Below, one piece after another: positions 37,801 through 46,307 of a stretch of 64,000 bases of DNA. The stretch is from an uncultured Eubacteriales bacterium (GTDB lineage Bacteria > Bacillota > Clostridia > Lachnospirales > Lachnospiraceae), in assembly GCA_900314555.1 (NCBI GenBank), contig OMVQ01000113.1, positions 4,396 through 68,395 of the forward strand. The letters are read 5' to 3'. Below the pieces are notes generated by a model. That model was given only the letters and a program-made list of their open reading frames with translations. It was not told where the DNA came from and searched no databases. Within the stretch, counting starts at the first letter, position 1, and every line of letters starts with the position of its first letter. Made by a program: the position numbers and the translations under genes.

Positions 37801-38415
37801 TAATGGCTTAACCTGTTTCTCTAATTCGCCTAAGATATCATTAACACGCACTAAATTAGCCTGTTCATCATCAAGCTTCTTCTGTGTCATTATCTTTCTT
37901 CGCTTATATTTAACGATACCTGCCGCTTCGTCAAAAAGCTCTCTTCTCTCTTCCGGCTTTCCTGATAAAATCTTATCTATCTGTCCCTGTCCGATAATAG
38001 AGTAACCCTCTTTACCGATACCGGTATCATAGAATAATTCATTTATGTCTTTCAGACGGCTTACTGTACCATTAATCATATATTCACTTTCACCTGAACG
38101 GAATAATCTTCTTGATACTGTAACTTCGTCAAAATCTATCGCCAGCGAATGGTCTGAATTATCAAGCGTTATGGCAACATAAGCAAAACCAAGCGGTTTT
38201 CTGTTCTCTGTTCCCGCAAAGATTACGTCTTCCATCTTCGCACCACGAAGCTGCTTTATTCTCTGCTCACCAAGAACCCATCTGACTGCATCGGCTACAT
38301 TACTCTTACCACTTCCATTTGGTCCGACAATTCCCGTAATACCATTATGAAATTCAAAATTTATCTTATTGGCAAATGATTTAAAGCCCTGAACCTCTAT
38401 ACTCTTTAAGTACAT
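34855..38415 (-). CDS. smc: Chromosome segregation protein SMC
   Basis: GPNGSGKSN, long coiled coils, hinge GRATFLPL, LSGGEK, LLDEIEAALD. Confidence 0.98.
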   Translation of the reverse strand: MYLKSIEVQGFKSFANKINFEFHNGITGIVGPNGSGKSNVADAVRWVLGEQRIKQLRGAKMEDVIFAGTENRKPLGFAYVAITLDNSDHSLAIDFDEVTVSRRLFRSGESEYMINGTVSRLKDINELFYDTGIGKEGYSIIGQGQIDKILSGKPEERRELFDEAAGIVKYKRRKIMTQKKLDDEQANLVRVNDILGELEKQVKPLERQSEKAREYLKYKEELKVNDINMFLLEVENIKNKLSELDGKNEIATNDLEETKKVFERIKTEYEQLELEIEEITSNVDEKKNELNKIQLLKEKYDGEIRLLNEQINSAKMNDLHIKERIQAINDKLIELQKEKESYVNEKNNINSVLKEADETRKKEFDALAGISENIESILSEIEEAKNEIIDLLNQKSAVKSKIQRYDTMLEQVSIRKSEISQKLIKFSSDRESQDKVIEEFESDLKDVSMQIIELSKKSDEITDNISETNRNLSELDKKSKDLSMEYQRNHSKLESLKNITERYEGYGNSIRKIMEVKEQKKGVIGVVADIIKVDKQYEVAIETALGGSIQNVVTDTENTAKDLIEYLKKNKFGRATFLPLSSIANRTGFNNERVLSERGVLGLACDLVHIKKEYEAIAKYLLGRIVVVDHIDNALIIARKYNYTLRIVTLEGELLNAGGSMSGGAFRNSSNLLGRRREIEDLEKSIKENQENYKKCEEAVKKYKSQVLEYTNELDKIKKVLQEQFILQNTIKLNLNQATEKRDELQTSFEDFKRENAEIGIQISDIKESSSELNSELKTYEDLNASLEEKIKSLTEDMEKEKAKEAAQSEKVDSMKLEFMEMNQKVTFVAENIRRIDGEIETNNAELENIQKNAEDSGSDVQNKLDEIESIKKAIEEADKSFNKYSEEITELYQKKEKQSNEHKDFFAKRESLSEKMNQLDKEIYRLNSQREKLEEQQDNQINYMWNEYEITYNIALELKNDEYNNLPELKKNIAELKAKIRGLGDVNVNSIEEYKSVSERYEFLKAQHDDLVEAEKSLIQIIDELDKGMRAQFTEKFAQIRTEFDKVFKELFGGGKGTIELNEDEDILEAGITIISQPPGKKLQNMMQLSGGEKALTAIALLFAIQNLKPSPFCLLDEIEAALDDSNVSRYANYLHKLTKYTQFIVITHRKGTMEAADRLYGITMQEKGVSTLVSVDLLDAELTN

Positions 38416-38442
38416 ATATTAACAACCTTTCTGTCATTACAT

Positions 38443-39129
38443 TTATCTTTTCTTTAATTTCTTAATGGCATTATATGCTGCCTGCTGTTGGGCATTTTTC
38501 TTCGTTCTGCCAATTCCATTTCCGATAACTTTATTATCTAACATACAATTAACTTCATATTCCTTAAGATGGTCTGGACCATCCTCTCTGACCACAACAT
38601 AACTAAGTTCACCAAGCTTATACTTCTGTATAATCTCCTGAAGAACTGTCTTGCTGTCGTGAAATAATTGTTTATTCTCTATGTCGCTTACAACATATTT
38701 GTATACAAATTCTCTTGCGTGTTCTATTCCACCATCTAAATATATTGCTCCTAAGAGTGCCTCAACTGCATCTGATGTAATTGATGCTCTCTCTCTTCCG
38801 CCTGTATTCTCTTCGCCATTGCTAAGTAAAATATATTTACCAAGACCTAATTCCTTAGCTACAGCAGCAAGTGGATATTCACTTACAAGACTCGCTCTTA
38901 ATTTCGTAAGTTCTCCCTCTGGTTTATTAGGAAAATTATCATACAGATACTCACTTGATATTAACTCTAATACGGCATCTCCTAAGAACTCTAATCTCTC
39001 ATTACAACTGAATTTACTCATTTTATTATCATTTGCATAAGAACTATGTGTCATCGCCCTGTATAATAACTCTAAATTTTTAAATTCATACCCTATTATG
39101 TGTTGAATTTCTTCTATTCTGTATTCCAT
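38443..39129 (-). CDS. rnc: Ribonuclease III
   Basis: NERLEFLGDAVL signature, dsRBD KTVLQE...AQQQAA. Confidence 0.97.
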   Translation of the reverse strand: MEYRIEEIQHIIGYEFKNLELLYRAMTHSSYANDNKMSKFSCNERLEFLGDAVLELISSEYLYDNFPNKPEGELTKLRASLVSEYPLAAVAKELGLGKYILLSNGEENTGGRERASITSDAVEALLGAIYLDGGIEHAREFVYKYVVSDIENKQLFHDSKTVLQEIIQKYKLGELSYVVVREDGPDHLKEYEVNCMLDNKVIGNGIGRTKKNAQQQAAYNAIKKLKKR

Positions 39130-39306
39130 TTCTGTCCTTCCTGCTTAAAAACATATTCGCATCACTTCCATTACTTTAAAGGAAATATCTCATAAATGTA
39201 ACTCTTAATACTATAAATAATTTATATTCTAAAACTCAAAATATTAAATTTCAAAAGTTAAATTAAAGAATATATCATAAATATAATTATTACCTTTAAA
39301 ATAATA

Positions 39307-39385
39307 AAAGTGAAAAGTAAAGAATCGCATACTTTGAATATTCTGTATTCTTAGAATACTCTGCAAATTCTTTACTATTCACTTT
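39307..39385. terminator. Long hairpin directly after acpP
   Basis: AAAGTGAAAAGTAAAGAAT / ATTCTTTACTATTCACTTT. Confidence 0.5.
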
Positions 39386-39391
39386 AAAATT

Positions 39392-39625
39392 CTAGTTGTT
39401 CATTGCAGCTTTAATCTGTTCTACAGCATCTCCAACTGTTGCAATTGACTCAGCAGCTTCGTTTGGAATCTCGATATCGAATTCTTCTTCAATTCCCATA
39501 ATAATCTGGAAAACGTCTAATGAATCTGCTCCTAAATCATCTACGAAAGTAGTCTCCATTGTTATATCCTCTGGGTCAACGCTTAATACCTCAGCTATAA
39601 TTTTCTGTAATTTTTCAAATTCCAT
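39392..39625 (-). CDS. acpP: Acyl carrier protein
   Basis: DDLGADSLD phosphopantetheine motif. Confidence 0.96.
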   Translation of the reverse strand: MEFEKLQKIIAEVLSVDPEDITMETTFVDDLGADSLDVFQIIMGIEEEFDIEIPNEAAESIATVGDAVEQIKAAMNN

Positions 39626-39736
39626 TATAATACACACCTTTCTGAATTCAAATAATAATTTAATCAGATTTATATTTTTAATATAAATTTGCTTTTAAGT
39701 ATTTATTAAACAGCTTTTAACATTTTCAAATGTATG

Positions 39737-40753
39737 TTATTTCTCTTCAAACAGAAGTTTCTCTTTGATTTTCTCATTAATCTTCTGTTCTTTGAAATTA
39801 ACACACTGAATTATTGAATTACAAACTTCCTTAGCTTTAGAACTTCCATGAGTCTTTACAACTAATCCATTCAATCCTAATAATGGCGCTCCACCATATT
39901 CATCTGTCTGGAATGATTTAAGCGTCTTCTTAAGTGCCGGTTTGATTAATAACGCACCAATCTTAGTTCTGAGTGATGACATAAGTCCCTCTTTAACTTT
40001 GGCAATTAATGTGTTACCAACACCTTCATATAATTTAAGAATAACATTTCCAACAAATGCTTCGCTGACTATTACGTCTGCATATCCTGATGGAATATCT
40101 CTTGCTTCAATGCTTCCGATAAAGTTAATATCAGGACAATTCTTAAGAAGTGGAAATGTCTCTTTAACTAATGCATTTCCTTTCTCTTCTTCAGCACCTA
40201 TATTGACGATAGCTACTCTTGGATTCTTGACACCTACAATGTTCTCCATATAGATTGAACCCATCTTCGCAAACTGTACAAGATGTGATGGTCGTGCATC
40301 AACATTAGCACCACAGTCAATAAGTAAAGCTACTCCATCTTTCGTTGGAATAAGAGGTGCAAGAGGTGGTCTTTCGATTCCTTTAATTCTTCCAACGATT
40401 AACTGACCGCCTACTAGAACCGCCCCGGAACTTCCTGCTGATACAAATGCATCTGCCTGATTGTTCTTAACTAAATTCATAGCTACAACAATCGAAGAAT
40501 CTTTCTTTCTTCTTATTGCATTAACCGGTGGTTCTTCTGTCTGTATAACCTCAGTTGCATTCACAACTTCTATTTTATCTTTGTTATATTCATACTTCGA
40601 TAATTCCTGATTAACAACATCTTCCATACCAACTAAAATTACCTTGATATCTTCACAGGAATTAACGGCATCTATTGCACCCTTGACAATCTCTGTCGGA
40701 GCATTATCTCCGCCCATAGCATCAACTGCTACAACTGTAATCTCTTTCTCCAC
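39737..40753 (-). CDS. plsX: Phosphate acyltransferase PlsX
   Basis: VDAMGGDNAP, SAGSSGA, DCGANVD, GNVILK, KTHGSS. Confidence 0.96.
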   Translation of the reverse strand: MEKEITVVAVDAMGGDNAPTEIVKGAIDAVNSCEDIKVILVGMEDVVNQELSKYEYNKDKIEVVNATEVIQTEEPPVNAIRRKKDSSIVVAMNLVKNNQADAFVSAGSSGAVLVGGQLIVGRIKGIERPPLAPLIPTKDGVALLIDCGANVDARPSHLVQFAKMGSIYMENIVGVKNPRVAIVNIGAEEEKGNALVKETFPLLKNCPDINFIGSIEARDIPSGYADVIVSEAFVGNVILKLYEGVGNTLIAKVKEGLMSSLRTKIGALLIKPALKKTLKSFQTDEYGGAPLLGLNGLVVKTHGSSKAKEVCNSIIQCVNFKEQKINEKIKEKLLFEEK

Positions 40754-41060
40754 TTATAAAATACCCAGCATATTGCTACCCATATAAGTAAAGGATATTT
40801 GGGTCCTTTTTTATTTTCCTTTACCTCTATAAAACTTACTTATGTAAGTCTCTAACATAATATACTAAATAGCTAAATAAAAATCAACATTAATTTTAAA
40901 TTTTGTATACAGTTAATGTTAGACATTCATAACCAAGTATTCGTTTGTCATACATACTCTCATTTACCTTAATCGTTTGCAGGTAAATGCTGTTCTCTGC
41001 AAAGTTTATTACATTTGAATATCTTACTATTAACTGTATCCAAATAATTAGCACACAAAA

Positions 41061-41096
41061 AATGTCATAACCTGTATTTTACAAGTTATGACATTC
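41061..41096 (-). terminator. Terminator after rpmF
   Basis: AATGTCATAAC / GTTATGACATT with an A-tract on + (U-tract on minus). Confidence 0.7.
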
Positions 41097-41154
41097 CTTT
41101 GAGAATGAATCTCTAAATAAGTTATCCGTAATACGAACTACTCATTTCTAATAA

Positions 41155-41334
41155 TTAATCAACTGATATTATTTCTTTTTTGTTGTATGAACCACAAGCT
41201 TTACATACTCTATGTGGCATCATTAATGCTCCACATTTGCTGCATTTAACTAAGTTTGGAGCGCTCATTTTCCAATTAGCTCTTCTCTTATCTCTTCTAG
41301 CCTTTGAGCTTTTATTCTTTGGACAAATAGACAT
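41155..41334 (-). CDS. rpmF: 50S ribosomal protein L32 (absent from the supplied ORF track)
   Basis: Manual translation MSICPKNKSSKARRDKRRANWK...CSKCG...HRVCKACGSY, 59 aa, Zn-ribbon type. Confidence 0.96.
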   Translation of the reverse strand: MSICPKNKSSKARRDKRRANWKMSAPNLVKCSKCGALMMPHRVCKACGSYNKKEIISVD

Positions 41335-41340
41335 GGTCTG

Positions 41341-41868
41341 TTACACCTCCTTAAAATTGTTGAAAATGTCACGAATTTTTGACATTCTAGGGTCTAATTC
41401 TGTGGTATCACAGTTACAAGTCTGTGAATTAAGATTTGCCCCACATCTATTACAAATTCCTTTACAATTCTCACTGCAAAGAACCTTCATAGGCAAATTA
41501 ACAAGTATTTCATTATAAATAAGCTTTTCCACATCAAGCATATTATCCTGAATATATGGCTGCTCATCTAACGACTCTGTCTTGTCATTTTCCGACTCAT
41601 TCATGTCAATCTCTTTATTTACTTTGATGTTCATATCATACTTCACATCTTCTAAACATCTGTCACACGGTATCATCAATGATAACTCAATCTCTGTTGC
41701 CAATGTAAATGTTCTCTTTCCAGTGTTACGAAGCTTAATAAGAACTGGTTCTTTCTTAACTATTTCGTAATCACACATCTTAGATATAAATCTTGACATT
41801 TCTATGTCTGCACGAACATCTAACTCTTTATCAATAGTTGATAAAAGTTCGGATAAGTCAATCAGCAT
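41341..41868 (-). CDS. yceD: YceD/DUF177 23S rRNA accumulation protein
   Basis: CDRCL, LPMKVLCSENCKGICNRCG, DPR; directly upstream of rpmF. Confidence 0.92.
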   Translation of the reverse strand: MLIDLSELLSTIDKELDVRADIEMSRFISKMCDYEIVKKEPVLIKLRNTGKRTFTLATEIELSLMIPCDRCLEDVKYDMNIKVNKEIDMNESENDKTESLDEQPYIQDNMLDVEKLIYNEILVNLPMKVLCSENCKGICNRCGANLNSQTCNCDTTELDPRMSKIRDIFNNFKEV

Positions 41869-41898
41869 AAATTACCTCTTTTCTAATCGCACTTGAAT

Positions 41899-41927
41899 AT
41901 TATAACCATAGGTATTGTGTTTGTCAA
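41899..41927 (-). promoter_or_regulatory. Consensus sigma-A promoter of yceD-rpmF
   Basis: TTGACA-N17-TATAAT. Confidence 0.8.
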
Positions 41928-41980
41928 CCAAAAATTTTCAAAATCTTGTATAAACTTGTCCAATTATTAAATATATATTA

Positions 41981-43174
41981 TTATTTTACAAGTTCTAATG
42001 TCTCTTTAGCTATTTTTAATTCTTCATTTGTTGGTACTACAAGCACTTTAATCTTTGAGTTGTCTGTAGAGATGACAACATCTTCTCCTCTTTTAGCATT
42101 CTGTTCGTCATCTATTTCCACGCCTAAGAATGTAAAGTATGAACAAATCTCTTTTCTTACTATTGCATTGTTCTCTCCAAGTCCTGCTGTAAATACTATT
42201 GCATCTATTCCGTTCATTGCTGCTGCATATGCTCCGATATATTTAGCAACTCTGTAGCAATATGCTTCAATTGTCATTCTGGCTCTTTCGTCTCCTGCAA
42301 GCATAGCATCTGTTATATCTCTGAAATCACTACCGATTCCTGATAATCCAAGAACACCTGATTCTTTATTAAGGATATTCATAACTTCATCTATGGTCTT
42401 ATTCTCTTTATGGGCAAGAAACTCTACTATAGCAGGGTCTATACTTCCTGAACGTGTTCCCATAATAAGTCCCTCTAAAGGTGTAAGTCCCATACTTGTA
42501 TCTACTGATTTACCACCATCAACTGCACATACACTTGCACCATTTCCAAGATGGCATACAACTGTCTTAAGTTCTTCATATGGTCTGTCTAAGATTTCGG
42601 CAACTCGTTTTGAAACAAAACTGTGTGATGTTCCATGGAAGCCATATCTTCTCACCTTATAGTCTTCATAATATTTATATGGAAGTCCGTATAAATATGC
42701 TTTAGCAGGCATAGTCTGATGAAATGCAGTATCAAATACGGCTACCATCTTTGTATCAGGCATTAACTCCTTGCATGCCATTATTCCAATAAGATTGGCC
42801 GGATTGTGTAATGGTGCTAAATCGTTACATTCCTTTATAGCTTCAATTACATCATCATCAATTATTACTGATTTGGCAAATTTCTCTCCGCCATGTACGA
42901 TTCTGTGTCCTACTGCACCAACATCACTTAAATCTTTAATAACACCTGTCTTTGCATTTGTAAGTGCATTTATAACTAATTCAACTGCCTTTTTATGATT
43001 TGGCATTGCCTCTTTCACTATCTCTTTATCAAGACCTGCCGGCTGATATACTAACTGACTGCCATCTAAGCCTATTCTTTCGCATAATCCTTTTGCTAAT
43101 ACGCTATCATCTTCTGAATTAATTAACTGGAATTTCAATGACGAACTTCCGCAATTGATAATAAGAATCTTCAT
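41981..43174 (-). CDS. ackA: Acetate kinase
   Basis: INCGSSSLK, GHRIVHGG, APLHNP, RRYGFHGTSH, CHLGNGAS; start ATG 43174. Confidence 0.97.
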   Translation of the reverse strand: MKILIINCGSSSLKFQLINSEDDSVLAKGLCERIGLDGSQLVYQPAGLDKEIVKEAMPNHKKAVELVINALTNAKTGVIKDLSDVGAVGHRIVHGGEKFAKSVIIDDDVIEAIKECNDLAPLHNPANLIGIMACKELMPDTKMVAVFDTAFHQTMPAKAYLYGLPYKYYEDYKVRRYGFHGTSHSFVSKRVAEILDRPYEELKTVVCHLGNGASVCAVDGGKSVDTSMGLTPLEGLIMGTRSGSIDPAIVEFLAHKENKTIDEVMNILNKESGVLGLSGIGSDFRDITDAMLAGDERARMTIEAYCYRVAKYIGAYAAAMNGIDAIVFTAGLGENNAIVRKEICSYFTFLGVEIDDEQNAKRGEDVVISTDNSKIKVLVVPTNEELKIAKETLELVK

Positions 43175-43236
43175 TTTCTCACTCAGTTTCCTTTCCTTAC
43201 TATAATTATTATTTGAGATTAATATATTTAAAAAAC

Positions 43237-44241
43237 TTAAACAAGTTTTCTCTGCTGTGCCTGTACTGCTGTAATAGCTACAACACCAACGATATCTGAT
43301 GATGAACAACCTCTTGATAAATCATTGATAGGCTTAGCCATACCCTGTGTTAATGGACCATAAGCTTCTGCTTTTCCTAATCTCTGAACTAACTTATATC
43401 CGATATTACCTGCATCAAGGTCTGGGAAGATCAAAACATTTGCATTGCCTGCAACTGTACTTCCAGGCGCTTTTAATTTAGCTACTTCCGGTACAAGTGC
43501 CGCATCTAACTGTAACTCACCATCTGCTGTTACGTGAGGATAATTCTTCTTTAATATCTCTACTGCATCTGTAACCTTTGTTACATCAGGGTGTTTTGCA
43601 CTTCCCTTTGTAGAATGTGATAATAATGCACAAATTGGTTTCTCACCGACTAACATCTCAAATGATTTAGCTGACGATTCTGTAATAGCTGCAAGTTCTT
43701 CCGGATTAGGATTCTGGTTAAGTCCTGCATCCGCAAATACAAATGTACCATCTGCACCATATTCACAATCAGGTACACATACTACGAAGAAACCTGATAC
43801 TAATTTTGTTCCCGGTTTAGTCTTAATAATCTGAAGTGATGGCTTTAATGTTGAAGCTGTAGAATGGCAAGCACCTGAAACTACACCATCTGCATCGCCA
43901 AATTTAACCATCATACATGCATAATACATAAAGTCATTCATCAAAAGGTCTTTAGCCTGTTCAGGAGTCATACCCTTTGACTTTCTTAATTCATAAAATA
44001 CTTCTATGTAATCCGGTGTTTTGCTAAATGTATATGGGTTAACTATTCTTGCTCCTGAGATATCTAATCCTTTGCTGTTCTCTGCAATAACGTCTTCTGT
44101 ACCAATGATAATAAGATTTGCAATTTTCTCTTTAAGAATAATCTCTGCTGCCTCAAAAGTTCTTCTGTCCATTGATTCAGGTAAAACAATTGTCTTAATA
44201 TCTTTTTTTGCTCTTTCTTTAATATTATCAATAAATCCCAT
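43237..44241 (-). CDS. pta: Phosphate acetyltransferase
   Basis: LPESMDRR, FADAG, DGELQLDAA, FPDLDAGNIGYK, DLSRG. Confidence 0.96.
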   Translation of the reverse strand: MGFIDNIKERAKKDIKTIVLPESMDRRTFEAAEIILKEKIANLIIIGTEDVIAENSKGLDISGARIVNPYTFSKTPDYIEVFYELRKSKGMTPEQAKDLLMNDFMYYACMMVKFGDADGVVSGACHSTASTLKPSLQIIKTKPGTKLVSGFFVVCVPDCEYGADGTFVFADAGLNQNPNPEELAAITESSAKSFEMLVGEKPICALLSHSTKGSAKHPDVTKVTDAVEILKKNYPHVTADGELQLDAALVPEVAKLKAPGSTVAGNANVLIFPDLDAGNIGYKLVQRLGKAEAYGPLTQGMAKPINDLSRGCSSSDIVGVVAITAVQAQQRKLV

Positions 44242-44347
44242 AATTTAATTTCCTTTCCTGTATAATTAATCCGCATACTTTGTGATATTATAACGCATTT
44301 TCCCTTTGTATACAATATCTTTAAACGTACTAAATTCAATACATTTA

Positions 44348-44376
44348 TTGATATTTTTTTAACAAAATGTTATCAT
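44348..44376 (+). promoter_or_regulatory. Putative promoter of tmcAL
   Basis: TTGATA-N17-TATCAT with TGn extension. Confidence 0.45.
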
Positions 44377-44418
44377 AAATATAACGTATTTTATAACACA
44401 ATATGAAAGGAGTTTATA

Positions 44419-45702
44419 ATGAAAACCGTTGGAATTATAGCTGAATTTAATCCATTTCACAATGGTCATGCATATCTTATTGAAAAAGCAAGAGAAATTA
44501 CCAATGCTGACCACGTTATAGTTGTTATGAGTGGCAACTTTGTCCAGAGGGGCGCACCCGCATTTATGGATAAATTCACAAGAGCTGCCATTGCCCTTGA
44601 GAATAATGTAGACCTTGTCCTCGAACTTCCGGTTTGTTATTCTATGTCAAGCGCTGCTTATTTTGCAACCGGTGCAGTAGCAACTTTAGATAAATTAAAT
44701 GTCGTTGATTACCTTTGTTTTGGCTGTGAAAATGATGATTTAGACCTGTTAAATCTTATCGCAGATATAATAATAGATGAAGATGAATGTTATAGTGAAG
44801 CATTACAATCATATTTAAAAACCGGTATGTCATTCTCAAGAAGCCGCGAAAATGCAATTATAAAATCTCTTTCTCTGCGTGGTGTCAATATGAGCTCAGA
44901 GGAGCTTTCACTTATAATTTCATCTCCAAACTCTATTCTTGCCATTGAATATATTATTGCAATGCGTAAGTCTGGCAGCAAGATGATTCCGGTTCCAATT
45001 AAACGTTTAGACAAAGGCTACCATTCATCTGATTTAGACGGACATTTTGCAAGTGCAAGTGCGATCAGAAAACTCTTTGGTGGCAAATCAATATTTACAT
45101 TCAACAATGTCAAGGAAACACTTTCTGATATCGTCCCTGCAAATTGTATGGAATTACTTGAAAATGAATACAAGAAAACTTACCCTATTGTCTCTGATGA
45201 TTTCAGTCCATTAGTCGGTAATGAGTTAATTAAAGCAAGATATAATAATACAGAGATTAATAATCTCTTTGATATAACAGATGACTTAGCTAACAGAATA
45301 ACTAATCTCTCAGGTGCATATGAAGCTTTCGACAGTTTTGTTAATACCTGTAATTCTTCTATATTTACATCTTCAAGAATTTCGAGAATTCTCTTCTATC
45401 TGCTATTCAATTATACTAAAGATGATTACTTTACTTTTAAAGATGAGGGATACGTTTACTACTTCAGAGTTCTTGGTTTCAATAAAGCCCATAACAGCTT
45501 ACTTACTGAAATTAAAACTAACTCCGACATTCCTCTTATCACTAAAATCTCGAATGCATTTTCAGTTCTGTCTGAGAACGGCAAACGTATGTTATCAATT
45601 AATATGATGGCTGATGAGATTTACAGATTAGTAAGTATTGATAAATACAATTTCTCAATACCAAAAGAACAGCAATATGGTGTTATAATAAAAGATGAAT
45701 AG
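44419..45702 (+). CDS. tmcAL: tRNA(Met) cytidine acetate ligase (YlbM-family nucleotidyltransferase)
   Basis: AEFNPFHNGH HIGH motif, SGNFVQRG, PNSIL, SASAIR. Confidence 0.88.
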   Translation: MKTVGIIAEFNPFHNGHAYLIEKAREITNADHVIVVMSGNFVQRGAPAFMDKFTRAAIALENNVDLVLELPVCYSMSSAAYFATGAVATLDKLNVVDYLCFGCENDDLDLLNLIADIIIDEDECYSEALQSYLKTGMSFSRSRENAIIKSLSLRGVNMSSEELSLIISSPNSILAIEYIIAMRKSGSKMIPVPIKRLDKGYHSSDLDGHFASASAIRKLFGGKSIFTFNNVKETLSDIVPANCMELLENEYKKTYPIVSDDFSPLVGNELIKARYNNTEINNLFDITDDLANRITNLSGAYEAFDSFVNTCNSSIFTSSRISRILFYLLFNYTKDDYFTFKDEGYVYYFRVLGFNKAHNSLLTEIKTNSDIPLITKISNAFSVLSENGKRMLSINMMADEIYRLVSIDKYNFSIPKEQQYGVIIKDE

Positions 45703-45721
45703 CATATTTAATTGCTTATAT

Positions 45722-45767
45722 AAAAATGAGTTGATATACATTTTAATTTATACATCAACTCATTTTT
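45722..45767 (+). terminator. Terminator of tmcAL
   Basis: 14-bp stem AAAAATGAGTTGAT / ATCAACTCATTTTT plus T-tract. Confidence 0.75.
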
Positions 45768-45770
45768 TCA

Positions 45771-46286
45771 CTCAAACTTTGCACATATATGTTTGAATTA
45801 AATCATCTGTATTAAGTGAATTTGCATATATAAATATCGAAACTTTTGTTAGAAATGCTAATTTGTAGATATCTTTTTCGGCTCTTTTGATTATTTGAGT
45901 TCATTCAATGCCATACACTTAAAACGATGTGTTCGTCTATGCCACACACTTGATTTATGACGTATCGTGTGCAAGTTAATGCCGTCAGATGCAAAAGGGC
46001 GGTGCAGCAAATCACCGTTCAAGCAAAGCGCGTTTGATTAGCTGCACCGTAATAACCTATGCAGATGACGGCATTTATTTGCACTAGATAAAGGAATATG
46101 AAAGCGTGTGTCATAGACGTACATCTCGTCTTAAGTGTATGTCTGTTGAATGTACACAAAATTTGAGCCGAAAAAAAGATATCTTACAAATTTACGCAAT
46201 TCTTACAAGATGTTTCGATATTTATATCTGTCAAATTTACTTTAAAAGATGAATATAAACTGCAACATATATGTTCGAAGTTTGAG
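45771..46286 (+). repeat. Family A long palindromic element, copy 3 (516 bp)
   Basis: Termini CTCAAACTT / AAGTTTGAG; same nested stems and conserved loops as copy 2. Confidence 0.92.
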
Positions 46287-46307
46287 TTATTTATATATTC
46301 TGTCTTA

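Noticed and set aside
40918-40933. GTTAG-N6-ATAAC near the plsX promoter
   Set aside because: One mismatch to the iron-locus box in an unrelated lipid-synthesis context; likely chance
43175-43309. 45-aa N-terminal extension of ackA in the ORF track
   Set aside because: Overlaps the pta 3' end; the canonical MKILIINCGSSS start at 43174 has its own SD
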